A stretch of 35,999 bases of DNA from IMG/VR virus record IMGVR_UViG_2541047899_000011. The stretch is one strand, 5' to 3'. The position numbers and the translations under genes are program-made. The notes beneath the pieces were generated by a model, which was not told where the DNA came from, searched no databases, and saw nothing but the letters and a program-made list of their open reading frames with translations. Below, piece by piece: positions 1 through 8,127 of the stretch (position 1 is its first letter; the number at the start of each line of letters is the position of its first letter). This DNA is from a virus. Its lineage: Duplodnaviria > Heunggongvirae > Uroviricota > Caudoviricetes.

Positions 1-237
1 ATGATGGTTAGAAATGAAGTAATGAACAAAGACTGGCACCGCGAGTACATCGTTGCCGCTGTGCACACCAAAGGTTTTACATTGCGTGAACTTTCTGAAC
101 GCGCTGGTCTAAAAAAAGACTCTTTAAAAAATGCACTGTATCGCTCATGCCCTAAATATGAACGCATCATAGCCGATGCTATTGGTGTGGAACCTGCGGA
201 GATCTGGCCAAGCCGGTATGCCAGTAAGGCGGCGTAA
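1..237 (+). CDS. ner: Ner-like DNA-binding transcriptional regulator
   Basis: 78 aa; DWHREYIVAAVHTKGFTLRELSERAGLKKDSL...EIWPSRY resembles Mu Ner/Nlp family; directly precedes transposase with TAATG stop-start overlap. Confidence 0.7.
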   Translation: MMVRNEVMNKDWHREYIVAAVHTKGFTLRELSERAGLKKDSLKNALYRSCPKYERIIADAIGVEPAEIWPSRYASKAA

Positions 238-2279
238 TGTTTTATTCAGCCAATGAGCTGGCCGGTCTTCCTGGTTTGCCCGGTACAGTTCAGGGGGTGC
301 GCTGGACGCTCAATCGGATCACAGAGACGCACCCGGAATGGAAGCGCAAGCGTGAAGGCACCAAAGCATTCGAGTATCACATCGACTGCCTGCCCACTGA
401 AGCGCAGAAAGTTTTACGTAAGCGCCTGACTCATCAGGTTCTGGAAGATGCGCAACTGCCCGCCGTGGTTGAGCAGAAGGCAGTTAAAAACGTCACCGTT
501 CGCGATGAACTGGAAGTGATGGTCAAATGCCCGGAGCTGGCATTACGCGAAGTCCAGGCACTGACCGACAAGCAAAAGGCCATCGCTGATGCGCGGATAT
601 TGCTGGCTACCGAAGTGCATAAACTGCGTGAATACGCTGGAATGTCCAGGACAGCAGCAGTAAAACACATCGTTGATGGTATTCGTCAGATGGCATTGCC
701 TGACCGCATTATTGAGGCCGCAGGCACTGCAAACGCCAGACAGGGTAAGCGAACTGGCGTCAGTTGGGGAAGTTTGCAGGAATGGTATTCCGCCTGGCTG
801 ATGGCGCGCGGTGATGCCAATCAGTTACTGGCGTTACTGGCTCCCGGTCATCATAAGGGGACACCGTGGGAGCAGGTCTGGTGGTTGAGCGATTTCTTTA
901 TGTTCTATCGCTCATGGAAGCGCCCGACCGTTGAATATGCGTATCGCGAGTTTTCAGCCTGGTGGCATGAAAAACACGCGAACGATGCGGGAATGCTGGC
1001 GGCACTGCCTTCAGTTCACGCAGTAAGGCGGGTGTTAAGCAGCGTCCCGGTGATTGTTAAGGAGCGTTTCCGCTCCACAGGTTCAGCCTGGCGTTCGCTC
1101 AATCCCTTTGTGCGGCGCGACTGGAGCACATTACCGGTTAATGCGGTATGGGTCGGGGATGGTCACTGTATGAAAATGACCGCGTTTAACCCACTGACCG
1201 GCAATATTTTCCGGCCAGAAGTGACGCTGGTTATGGATGCGGGGCAGCGCTTTGTTGTGGGCTGGTCACTGTCCCTGTCGGAGAACGTGATAGCTGTTGC
1301 TGATGCGTTGCGTTACGGCATGGCACAGCACGGGATACCGCTGATTTATTACTCCGATAACGGGGGCGGTGAAAAAAACCGGGTGCTTGATGCCGATATT
1401 ACCGGGATTCTGCCCCGGCTGGGTGTGGAACATCACACGGGGATACCAGGTAACCCGCAGGGGCGCGGGGTGATTGAACGGGCAAACAAAGGAATACCCA
1501 AAGACGTGGCTCTGAGTTTCCAGACGTACTGCGCAAGGGATGCAGACAGGGAAACCGTAATGATGCAGCAACGGATTATGCAGTCAGCCATTAAGGCCAC
1601 CCACAAAGGGAAAGAGCTGACAAAACGGCAGGTTAAGGCAAGGGATGAAGTCCCCACCTTTGAGCAACTGATGGCAGCCATAGAGCTGGAGGTCAGACGC
1701 TATAACAACCGGCCACACAGCAGCCTACCACGCAAAGAGGATGGCGAATATTACAGCCCGGCAGCGTATCGCCGGAAACTGATAAAAGAGCAGAATGTTG
1801 AAATTGATTTCCTGTCGCCGGAAGAACTGCATGAAATGTTCAGACCGGAAGTGACGCGCAAAACATTTCGCGGGGAAATTCAGTTATTCAACAATATTTA
1901 TTACTCGTATGAGCTGGCCGCAGAGCACGGGAATGAAGTCAGGGTCAGTTACGATATTCATGATGCAAACAGCGTCATTGTCCGGCGGGCTGATGGCTCT
2001 TATATCTGCGATGCCATCTGGAACGGTAACAAGGTTGATGCCTTCGCTAAACCAGTTATCGAACAAAAACTGGAGAAACGCGTCAGGGGCCGCATTGCAC
2101 GGGCCACGCAGAAAATCGAAGAGGCTAAACGCGAGCTTACCCCGGCTATTACGCAGAAGCCTGACTTTAATCTGGGATATGGACTGGAGCGCCCGGAGAA
2201 AAAGGAAAAAGAAGAACTTTATTTATTCGCATCTGAGCGCGAGCGCAATTTAAAGAAAAACGGCACAAACAACCGTTAA
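237..2279 (+). CDS. Mu-type DDE transposase (MuA-like)
   Basis: 680 aa; N-terminal ELAGLPGLP DNA-binding region; central integrase-like core with candidate D-D-E residues (WVGDGH, YYSDNGG, VIERANK); position after ner and before B. Confidence 0.9.
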   Translation: MFYSANELAGLPGLPGTVQGVRWTLNRITETHPEWKRKREGTKAFEYHIDCLPTEAQKVLRKRLTHQVLEDAQLPAVVEQKAVKNVTVRDELEVMVKCPELALREVQALTDKQKAIADARILLATEVHKLREYAGMSRTAAVKHIVDGIRQMALPDRIIEAAGTANARQGKRTGVSWGSLQEWYSAWLMARGDANQLLALLAPGHHKGTPWEQVWWLSDFFMFYRSWKRPTVEYAYREFSAWWHEKHANDAGMLAALPSVHAVRRVLSSVPVIVKERFRSTGSAWRSLNPFVRRDWSTLPVNAVWVGDGHCMKMTAFNPLTGNIFRPEVTLVMDAGQRFVVGWSLSLSENVIAVADALRYGMAQHGIPLIYYSDNGGGEKNRVLDADITGILPRLGVEHHTGIPGNPQGRGVIERANKGIPKDVALSFQTYCARDADRETVMMQQRIMQSAIKATHKGKELTKRQVKARDEVPTFEQLMAAIELEVRRYNNRPHSSLPRKEDGEYYSPAAYRRKLIKEQNVEIDFLSPEELHEMFRPEVTRKTFRGEIQLFNNIYYSYELAAEHGNEVRVSYDIHDANSVIVRRADGSYICDAIWNGNKVDAFAKPVIEQKLEKRVRGRIARATQKIEEAKRELTPAITQKPDFNLGYGLERPEKKEKEELYLFASERERNLKKNGTNNR

Positions 2280-2297
2280 TTTAAAAGGTATTTAATT

Positions 2298-3191
2298 ATG
2301 AGTTTAATTACGCAATTAAATGACGTAATGGCCCGTCGCGGCTATACGCAGACCCACGTCGCCCGTGCTATTGGTCGTAGCAGCGCCGTTATCAACCAGT
2401 ATTTACAGGGTAAATATCAGGGCGATATGGCTGATATTGAAGAACGCATTTCTGCCTTTGTGACCCGTGAGCGGGAAAAGGAAAACAGCCGCCGTATTAA
2501 AGCGAAATTTGTTGCCACCGGTATGGCTGCCAAAGGACTGGAAGTGCTGGCCTATGCTCACCTGGAATGTGAAATCTGCGTACTGTATGGCGCGGCAGGT
2601 CTTGGCAAAACAATGATTCTGCGTGAATACGCCGCCAGAAACCGGGATGCGGTCCTGATTGAGGCTGACCCGGGCTATACAGCCAGGACACTGCTTGAGG
2701 AGTTGTGCCGCCAGTTGGGGGTAAAAGTTCGCGGCAATATCCACGAACTGATTGATGCATGTGTGCGAGAACTGCGTGATTCCGGTCGCCTGCTGATGGT
2801 GGACGAGGCTGAACTGCTCCCCTATCGCGCACTGGAGGTTCTGCGCCGTCTACATGACAAAGCGGGTATCGGGATTGTCCTGGCGGGTATGCCACGCCTT
2901 CTGATTAACCTCAAGGGACGTCGCGGTGAGTTCGCCCAGTTATACAGCCGTGTGGCGCTGGCGCTTAACCTGGGCGATACGCTGGCGCAGGAAGATTTTA
3001 ACCAGATAGCCACCGGGCTGATGCCGGAAGCAGCAGAACCGGAAATCAGCGAGGCGCTTTATACACGTTCGCTGGGTAATGCCCGCCGCCTGTTCAAACT
3101 GGCGCGTGGTGTGTACCGGATTTGTGATATCAGCGATGCGCCGGTCAGTGTGCAGGCCATTGATAAATTCGCAGAAATGTTAATTCACTGA
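2298..3191 (+). CDS. Mu B-like AAA+ ATPase, transposition target-DNA activator
   Basis: 297 aa; N-terminal HTH-like region, Walker A GAAGLGKT, Walker B LLMVDEAE; immediately downstream of transposase. Confidence 0.85.
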   Translation: MSLITQLNDVMARRGYTQTHVARAIGRSSAVINQYLQGKYQGDMADIEERISAFVTREREKENSRRIKAKFVATGMAAKGLEVLAYAHLECEICVLYGAAGLGKTMILREYAARNRDAVLIEADPGYTARTLLEELCRQLGVKVRGNIHELIDACVRELRDSGRLLMVDEAELLPYRALEVLRRLHDKAGIGIVLAGMPRLLINLKGRRGEFAQLYSRVALALNLGDTLAQEDFNQIATGLMPEAAEPEISEALYTRSLGNARRLFKLARGVYRICDISDAPVSVQAIDKFAEMLIH

Positions 3192-3205
3192 TGGAGAATA
3201 AGACG

Positions 3206-3430
3206 ATGGACAAGCAGACCATTAACGCCGTCCGTTCCCGTGCCCGTGTGGCCATTCACACCACCGGCGGTCGTGTAACGGGACAGCATCACCGTTTACC
3301 TGTGGTTTATGCCTGCCCGCCCGTGGGTGGTCCTGTATGGCCGGTAACGGAAATCATCCAGACATTCAGCGGCCTGCGCCGCGTGGTGAAAACATCCTGT
3401 ATCGACGGCTGCACCGTCGTATGGCAGTAA
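3206..3430 (+). CDS. hypothetical early-region protein
   Basis: ORF with GGAG 9 nt upstream of ATG 3206; an alternative ATG at 3191 overlaps the B stop. Confidence 0.45.
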   Translation: MDKQTINAVRSRARVAIHTTGGRVTGQHHRLPVVYACPPVGGPVWPVTEIIQTFSGLRRVVKTSCIDGCTVVWQ

Positions 3431-3445
3431 AACGAGGAGCTGAAA

Positions 3446-3637
3446 ATGTCATTAGAGCTTGAATTAACTTTCAGCCTGGACAGGCCAGGTAAACCGGAGA
3501 AAACCGTCGTGACGTATCAGTTGCCGCCTGATGTCACGGGAGAGCAGATTTCCGACATTATCAGAAAAACTCACGGTTTTATGAACGAAATTATTTTCGA
3601 ATCGTTTGATATCAAAGGAGAAAAACATGGCGGTTAA
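3446..3637 (+). CDS. hypothetical early-region protein (63 aa)
   Basis: ATG preceded by GAGGAG; compact spacing in operon. Confidence 0.5.
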   Translation: MSLELELTFSLDRPGKPEKTVVTYQLPPDVTGEQISDIIRKTHGFMNEIIFESFDIKGEKHGG

Positions 3638-3842
3638 GTTAGAAGTAATTATCTATACCGATGAAAAAGGCTGTGTATTAACCCAGACCACGGGGAGTTA
3701 TTCGAAGGACGGAGCTTCCGAAAAAGAGTTTCAGATAGCAACAAGATTACATGATGCTATCAAGGAAACGCTTAGAAATGACTATAACGGCGTGAATCTT
3801 TTTTCTGAAAACGTTGCGCCTCGCGCACATAACACAAATTAA
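3627..3842 (+). CDS. hypothetical early-region protein (71 aa)
   Basis: ATG 3627 with AAGGAG 6 nt upstream; the ORF track begins at an upstream TTG (3606). Confidence 0.5.
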   Translation: MAVKLEVIIYTDEKGCVLTQTTGSYSKDGASEKEFQIATRLHDAIKETLRNDYNGVNLFSENVAPRAHNTN

Positions 3843-3871
3843 TCTGTAAATATCACTGAGGTAATTTAATT

Positions 3872-4516
3872 ATGACGACTGAAAATAAAGTTAAGCAATA
3901 CACGAAAACTCAAGCGCCAGAAGGTTACTGGGTGGATGCCCGTGGCGTAATGACACCTGAAAGCCTTATCAAAGATATTGACCGCGACCGCGAGCAGCTG
4001 GTCGGTGAGCTTGTGGAGATGGTGATTGCTGCCTCCGCCTCACTGCGTGAACTGAAACTGCGTGCGTTTGGTGATATTCAGGCATTTATTGACCTGTCGG
4101 CGGAGAAATACGGCGCTGTGAAAGGCGGCAAAAAAGGCAATATCACGCTTTACAGCTTTGACGGACGCTACAAGATTCAGCGCGCTATGCAGGACCGTAT
4201 CGCGTTTGATGAGCGCATCCAGACCGCGAAATCGCTGATTGATGACTGTCTGGCTGACTGGACGGAAGGTGCGCGCCCTGAAATTAAAGCCATCATTAGC
4301 GAGGCATTCAGCACGGACAAGGAAGGCAACATTAACACCGGGCGCGTTCTGGCCCTGCGTCGCCTGGAAATTGAGGACGAACGCTGGAATAACGCTATGA
4401 CGCTGATTGGTGAAGCCGTCCAGGTGATTGGCAGCAAGAGCTATATTCGTGTGTATGAGCGCGTCGGTGATTCTGATGAATACCGCGCAATCCCGCTTGA
4501 TATTGCAGGGGTTTAA
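3872..4516 (+). CDS. conserved Mu-like early protein (DUF3164-like, recalled from memory)
   Basis: 214 aa; YWVDARGVMTPESLIKDIDRDREQLV ... GGKKGNITLYSFDG resembles the DUF3164 family common in Mu-like prophages; not Gam-like by eye. Confidence 0.6.
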   Translation: MTTENKVKQYTKTQAPEGYWVDARGVMTPESLIKDIDRDREQLVGELVEMVIAASASLRELKLRAFGDIQAFIDLSAEKYGAVKGGKKGNITLYSFDGRYKIQRAMQDRIAFDERIQTAKSLIDDCLADWTEGARPEIKAIISEAFSTDKEGNINTGRVLALRRLEIEDERWNNAMTLIGEAVQVIGSKSYIRVYERVGDSDEYRAIPLDIAGV

Positions 4517-4517
4517 C

Positions 4518-4751
4518 ATGCATCAGGATATCAAAGAGTACAGGGCCGGAAATAGTTGCGCGGCGTATTCGCTGGGCGCGTCCAGAGCAGAACAACGCGG
4601 CGATTATGACGAGGCAGAAAAACTGTGGCGCAAGGCAGCGCAAAGCCCGTGTAGCACCCTGCGCCGCATCTGGGCTGAACATCGTGCGGAGTTCTGCGCT
4701 AACGCTCACCTGAAGGGCTGGAGGCCACGCCATGAATGCGAAGAACTTTAA
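4518..4751 (+). CDS. small helical protein (ANR-like family, tentative)
   Basis: 77 aa from ATG 4518; CAAYSLGASRAEQRGDYDEAEKLWRKAA repeat-like helix motif. Confidence 0.45.
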   Translation: MHQDIKEYRAGNSCAAYSLGASRAEQRGDYDEAEKLWRKAAQSPCSTLRRIWAEHRAEFCANAHLKGWRPRHECEEL

Positions 4752-4923
4752 TAAGCAGTATCCGGTAGGGACTCGCTTCATGCACACTGCACATCCGGCG
4801 TTGCGTGGTGGTCGTGTGGTGAAAACCGTTTCACCTGCCAGAGATTTTAAATGTGGTTGTGTGGTTGAAATTAATGTCGAGCCTTATTTCGTTAAAGTCG
4901 AAACACTGAAAGCAGCGCATTAA
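4732..4923 (+). CDS. hypothetical protein (63 aa)
   Basis: ATG with GGAGG upstream; overlaps previous gene end. Confidence 0.45.
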   Translation: MNAKNFNKQYPVGTRFMHTAHPALRGGRVVKTVSPARDFKCGCVVEINVEPYFVKVETLKAAH

Positions 4924-4952
4924 TTTAATTCAATTTTAATTGTTATTTAAAA

Positions 4953-4986
4953 CAGGCGTAAACCCGCCGGGGCTGGCTTACGCCTG
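4953..4986 (+). promoter_or_regulatory. leader hairpin upstream of gene 5004-5390
   Basis: CAGGCGTAA ... TTACGCCTG stem enclosing a GC-rich loop, preceded by a 40-nt AT-rich tract and followed by GGAG and ATG. Confidence 0.45.
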
Positions 4987-5003
4987 AATCTGGAGAAATG
5001 AAA

Positions 5004-5390
5004 ATGAGTGTTACCGTTATCAATGAAATGATTGGGCGTACATTTAAAGAAGTAGTTAAGAATGAAAACGATGAACTTGTTTTTCGTGGTGATTATTCCC
5101 GGGGAGTATGGGGAACCGTGTTTACATTTTTCCACTTTCAGGAAGGCTGCGAAAAAGTCTGGATTGAGGACATCGTCGGAGACCTTGACGACCTGAAAGA
5201 TGAACCGCTGACAGAGGCTGAAGTGGTTACCGAAGAATGTGATGTTGGGGAAGGTCATCAGACATGGAGTTTCTTTAAGTTCGGCACATCAAAAGGCTGT
5301 GTAGTCGTCAGATGGTGCGGTGAGAGCGAGGGCTTTTATTCTGAGTGCGTTTCACTGAAGCGGGAATTAACTGACGTCTTCGATTTTTAA
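5004..5390 (+). CDS. hypothetical acidic protein, moron-like accessory gene
   Basis: GGAG 8 nt upstream of ATG 5004 (alternative ATG 4998); appears AT-richer than neighbours by eye; flanked by related hairpin elements. Confidence 0.55.
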   Translation: MSVTVINEMIGRTFKEVVKNENDELVFRGDYSRGVWGTVFTFFHFQEGCEKVWIEDIVGDLDDLKDEPLTEAEVVTEECDVGEGHQTWSFFKFGTSKGCVVVRWCGESEGFYSECVSLKRELTDVFDF

Positions 5391-5410
5391 CTCTGACTTC
5401 GTTTTTTTAT

Positions 5411-5434
5411 GGCGCAGGTAAACAGGTCTGCGCC
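5411..5434 (+). promoter_or_regulatory. related leader hairpin upstream of gene 5454-6170
   Basis: GGCGCAG gtaaacaggt CTGCGCC; shares TAAAC...CGCCTGAAT..GAGAAAT with the 4953-4986 element. Confidence 0.45.
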
Positions 5435-5453
5435 TGAATAAGAGAAATTCATT

Positions 5454-6170
5454 ATGGAAAATAAAAGCAAATACATCGCCAAAATTAAAAAACTGTTACG
5501 CCTTGCCAGAGGAACATCAAGCCCGGAAGAAGCCGCTAACGCTATTGCAAAAGCCCAGGCTTATATGCGCCAGCATGGCATCAGCGAAAACGACGCGGAA
5601 TTGTTCGACATTCAGGAAGCTGCCAGCGCGGGTGCGCCGAGTGATGCCAGTACGCCGCCGCGTTATATGCACATCCTGTGTGACCTGGTATGTAAAGCCT
5701 TCGGTGTCGAGTGTTACATCTCCGGTGAGTACCGGGCTTCTGGTTCACTCAAACGTTACGTGCGTTTTTATGGTCCTGACAGCCGCCCGGAAATTGCGGC
5801 CTACGCGTTTGATGTGCTTTCCCGTCAGATGATGGCTGAACGCAAGAAATATCAGGATAAACACTGCAAACGTTGCGGCCCGTCCACGCGGGTGGCCCGT
5901 GGCGACCAGTTCTGCGAAGGCTGGGTCTTTGGTGCCCGTGATGTCATTGCGGTGTATGACGTCTCCCCGGAAGAAAAAAGCCGCCTTGAGCTTTACAGAA
6001 AGAACCTGCACAGCACTAAGGGGCTGCGCGACGGGGATATGCGCACAGCTAAAGCGTGTCGGGGTGCAGAGTTTGCCGCTACTGCCGGTTTTATCGCCGG
6101 GAAAAACGCCAGGCTGCATCAGGGGGTTAATGGTCAGAGCAACAGACCGCTGGCACTGGGGAGGGCGTAA
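5454..6170 (+). CDS. conserved Mu-like early protein (DUF2786-like N-terminus, recalled from memory)
   Basis: 238 aa; N-terminal KIKKLLRLARGTSSPEEAANAIAKAQAYM is typical of the DUF2786 family. Confidence 0.6.
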   Translation: MENKSKYIAKIKKLLRLARGTSSPEEAANAIAKAQAYMRQHGISENDAELFDIQEAASAGAPSDASTPPRYMHILCDLVCKAFGVECYISGEYRASGSLKRYVRFYGPDSRPEIAAYAFDVLSRQMMAERKKYQDKHCKRCGPSTRVARGDQFCEGWVFGARDVIAVYDVSPEEKSRLELYRKNLHSTKGLRDGDMRTAKACRGAEFAATAGFIAGKNARLHQGVNGQSNRPLALGRA

Positions 6171-6172
6171 CG

Positions 6173-6400
6173 ATGGCTTTTAAACTTCTCAGTGTTACCG
6201 AAGCAATATACCAGCCGCCCGGAGAACGCCACGAATACAGGATGAATGACGGCAGCGCGGCGGTTGAGTTCCCTAAATATCCGGGGGCTTCCCGGTGGCG
6301 GTTCTATGACAGTGCGGGACGCCGGATTATTAAAAGAACCGTGCACAACGCCATGAAAGCCGCTGTAGAACGTCACAAAAGAAGGTTTAACTGCAAATGA
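6173..6400 (+). CDS. hypothetical protein (75 aa)
   Basis: ORF tightly packed after previous gene. Confidence 0.4.
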   Translation: MAFKLLSVTEAIYQPPGERHEYRMNDGSAAVEFPKYPGASRWRFYDSAGRRIIKRTVHNAMKAAVERHKRRFNCK

Positions 6401-6621
6401 ATATTGAATTTTATGACTACGGAGTCACCGCAAAAATCATTGTTACCTGCTGGTTCTGGGAGTTCCGTCGCTATTGTCGGGTTGTGGATGCGGCGCTGTT
6501 TGTTGCTCCTGAAGTGCGCCACCAGAGTGGCGGTGGCCTTTTAATGAAAACCGTCATCACCGGTAAAACGGTTCCGATGTTACGGGCGTTTAAAGTGGCA
6601 AAACAGGAGGCGGCGCAGTGA
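6397..6621 (+). CDS. hypothetical protein (74 aa)
   Basis: Start overlaps previous stop; operon-like packing. Confidence 0.4.
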   Translation: MNIEFYDYGVTAKIIVTCWFWEFRRYCRVVDAALFVAPEVRHQSGGGLLMKTVITGKTVPMLRAFKVAKQEAAQ

Positions 6622-6806
6622 ACCAGCAAACCAGAATAAGCGATAAGAGCCTGACCAGACTGATTGCCGATGCGGACAAGGTGCTGGAGCGGAACACCCC
6701 CGTTGCCGATGAGGAATGGTGGCAGGATTTCCGGGCCGCAATGCTGGAACTTCAGGAGCGCCGCAGGGCTGACAGTGCAGAGTCAGTAGTAAATACAGGA
6801 GAATGA
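6618..6806 (+). CDS. hypothetical protein (62 aa)
   Basis: Start overlaps previous stop. Confidence 0.4.
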   Translation: MNQQTRISDKSLTRLIADADKVLERNTPVADEEWWQDFRAAMLELQERRRADSAESVVNTGE

Positions 6807-6810
6807 AACG

Positions 6811-6987
6811 ATGAAAAACCGTAAAGCAAAACGACTTCTTTTACAGCGACCTGTGCGTGTGGTGGAGCTGGTTATTAGCAACCATAAGATAGCGGTACTC
6901 CATCCATTTGGTCAGGTGGCTTTTGCCGCAAAGCGTAAGCCTACTGCGTCACAGAACAGGCGGAATAAAGGGTACGCAGTACGATGA
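6811..6987 (+). CDS. small basic protein, paralogue 1 (58 aa, MKNRKAK...)
   Basis: Not in the ORF track (below 60 aa); translated by hand: MKNRKAKRLLLQRPVRVVELVISNHKIAVLHPFGQVAFAAKRKPTASQNRRNKGYAVR. Confidence 0.4.
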   Translation: MKNRKAKRLLLQRPVRVVELVISNHKIAVLHPFGQVAFAAKRKPTASQNRRNKGYAVR

Positions 6988-7160
6988 AAAACCGTAAGGC
7001 AAAAATTCTGTTAGCTCGCAGAAACGGCTTTGATGTCTGGCGGTGGGTGAGGATTAGTAACAGACGGTTGAGGTTGACAGGGTTTTTAGGGGGTATGGGG
7101 CACAGTTGTTGCCAAAAGCCCAGCGCGGCGCAAAACCGCAGGAAAAATCACGGTATGTAA
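6984..7160 (+). CDS. small basic protein, paralogue 2 (58 aa, MKNRKAK...)
   Basis: ATGA stop-start overlap with paralogue 1; MKNRKAKILLARRNGFDVWRWVRISNRRLRLTGFLGGMGHSCCQKPSAAQNRRKNHGM; shares the N-terminus and a C-terminal QNRR motif with paralogue 1. Confidence 0.4.
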   Translation: MKNRKAKILLARRNGFDVWRWVRISNRRLRLTGFLGGMGHSCCQKPSAAQNRRKNHGM

Positions 7161-7172
7161 AGGAGGTACCAG

Positions 7173-7586
7173 GTGAAGAAAATGATTTTTGTGGCGGTAT
7201 TGCTGACAATTACCCAACAGGCGCAGGCCTCAGCAGTTATTGTGGCATCTGCCGCTGCGACCACGGCTGCTACCGCAGCTGCTGCGAACTCTGCGAATAT
7301 CGCAAATCAACAGGCACAGCGTGCTGCTAATGCATCAGCCAGTGCTCTCCCGATTTCTGTTAAGGGCAGTAAGCAAAATCTGGGGTTCATAACGTGCGGT
7401 AAGCGTTCTTCTGAAGCTGTAGGCTCACTGGGATGTACGGTATATGGCGATGGTGAGAGCAGAGAAATTCCATGGAAAACGTGGCCCGGATACGTTCTTG
7501 GCTCGAAGCTCCCGGTCAGTTATGAGGTAAACGCCGTGTCGTTTGACCACTATAACGGTGTGGCAACTGTCTATTTCACATACTGA
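7173..7586 (+). CDS. secreted protein with Ala/Thr-rich linker (signal peptide predicted by eye)
   Basis: GTG start 6 nt after AGGAGG; MKKMIFVAVLLTITQQAQA then a likely AQA cleavage site; mature part has 2 Cys and an aromatic C-terminus. Confidence 0.6.
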   Translation: MKKMIFVAVLLTITQQAQASAVIVASAAATTAATAAAANSANIANQQAQRAANASASALPISVKGSKQNLGFITCGKRSSEAVGSLGCTVYGDGESREIPWKTWPGYVLGSKLPVSYEVNAVSFDHYNGVATVYFTY

Positions 7587-7627
7587 GTCCCGGCATGAAA
7601 TTTTCTGAATCACGGAGTAACAACCTG

Positions 7628-7813
7628 ATGAAAACTATCACCGTAACGGTTGAAATCGACGTTCCTGATAACGCAACGGACAATGATATTGCTGATTTTG
7701 TCGATGTCGAGTATGGGGAGTGCGGAAAAATGGCACTTGATAACCCATGCCGGACAGATGGAACGGAAATACTCGATGCCAGATGGGAACACGGACCTGA
7801 TTACGCGGGGTGA
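7628..7813 (+). CDS. small acidic protein (61 aa)
   Basis: ATG 7628 with GGAG upstream (ORF track starts at 7595); appears AT-rich. Confidence 0.4.
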   Translation: MKTITVTVEIDVPDNATDNDIADFVDVEYGECGKMALDNPCRTDGTEILDARWEHGPDYAG

Positions 7814-7817
7814 AAAG

Positions 7818-8069
7818 ATGAGATGGGTTGACATTTTTATTATCGCTCTGATTGCTACGGGTATTGCGCTTTGTGTGACAACTAACAAGGCTTCTGATGA
7901 TGCGAAAAATGGGCATTGCGTGGTAAAGAGAAATTTCATCAAAACCATTACGCATTGTGATGATGGAAGTGCCACCATGACCGACGGAGATAAGTTTATT
8001 TATTGCTCTGCCGGGAAAGATGGCACGCCATCCTGCCATGAAGTGACGCTCAGTGATGGTGATAAATAA
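7818..8069 (+). CDS. membrane-anchored Cys-rich small protein (83 aa)
   Basis: ATG 7818; N-terminal hydrophobic segment WVDIFIIALIATGIALCV followed by a domain with 5 Cys; the ORF track's upstream start (7650) overlaps the previous gene. Confidence 0.5.
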   Translation: MRWVDIFIIALIATGIALCVTTNKASDDAKNGHCVVKRNFIKTITHCDDGSATMTDGDKFIYCSAGKDGTPSCHEVTLSDGDK

Positions 8070-8099
8070 TTCACCACATTGAGCAAATAACAATCAAGC

Positions 8100-8127
8100 G
8101 CAGACCAAAACATATGTTTTGGTCTGC
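8100..8127. repeat. perfect 28-bp palindrome GCAGACCAAAACATATGTTTTGGTCTGC
   Basis: Exact dyad symmetry centred on CATATG; a third copy of the half-site GTTTTGGTC at 8138-8146. Confidence 0.8.

Noticed and set aside
3872-4516. Possible Gam (host-nuclease inhibitor) assignment
   Set aside because: The sequence does not resemble Mu Gam as I recall it; it fits the DUF3164-type family better, so Gam was not called.
7106-7330. 74-aa + strand ORF in the ORF track
   Set aside because: Out of frame with, and overlapping, both the second basic mini-ORF and the SD-supported secreted-protein gene at 7173; Cys/Gly-rich nonsense-like sequence.
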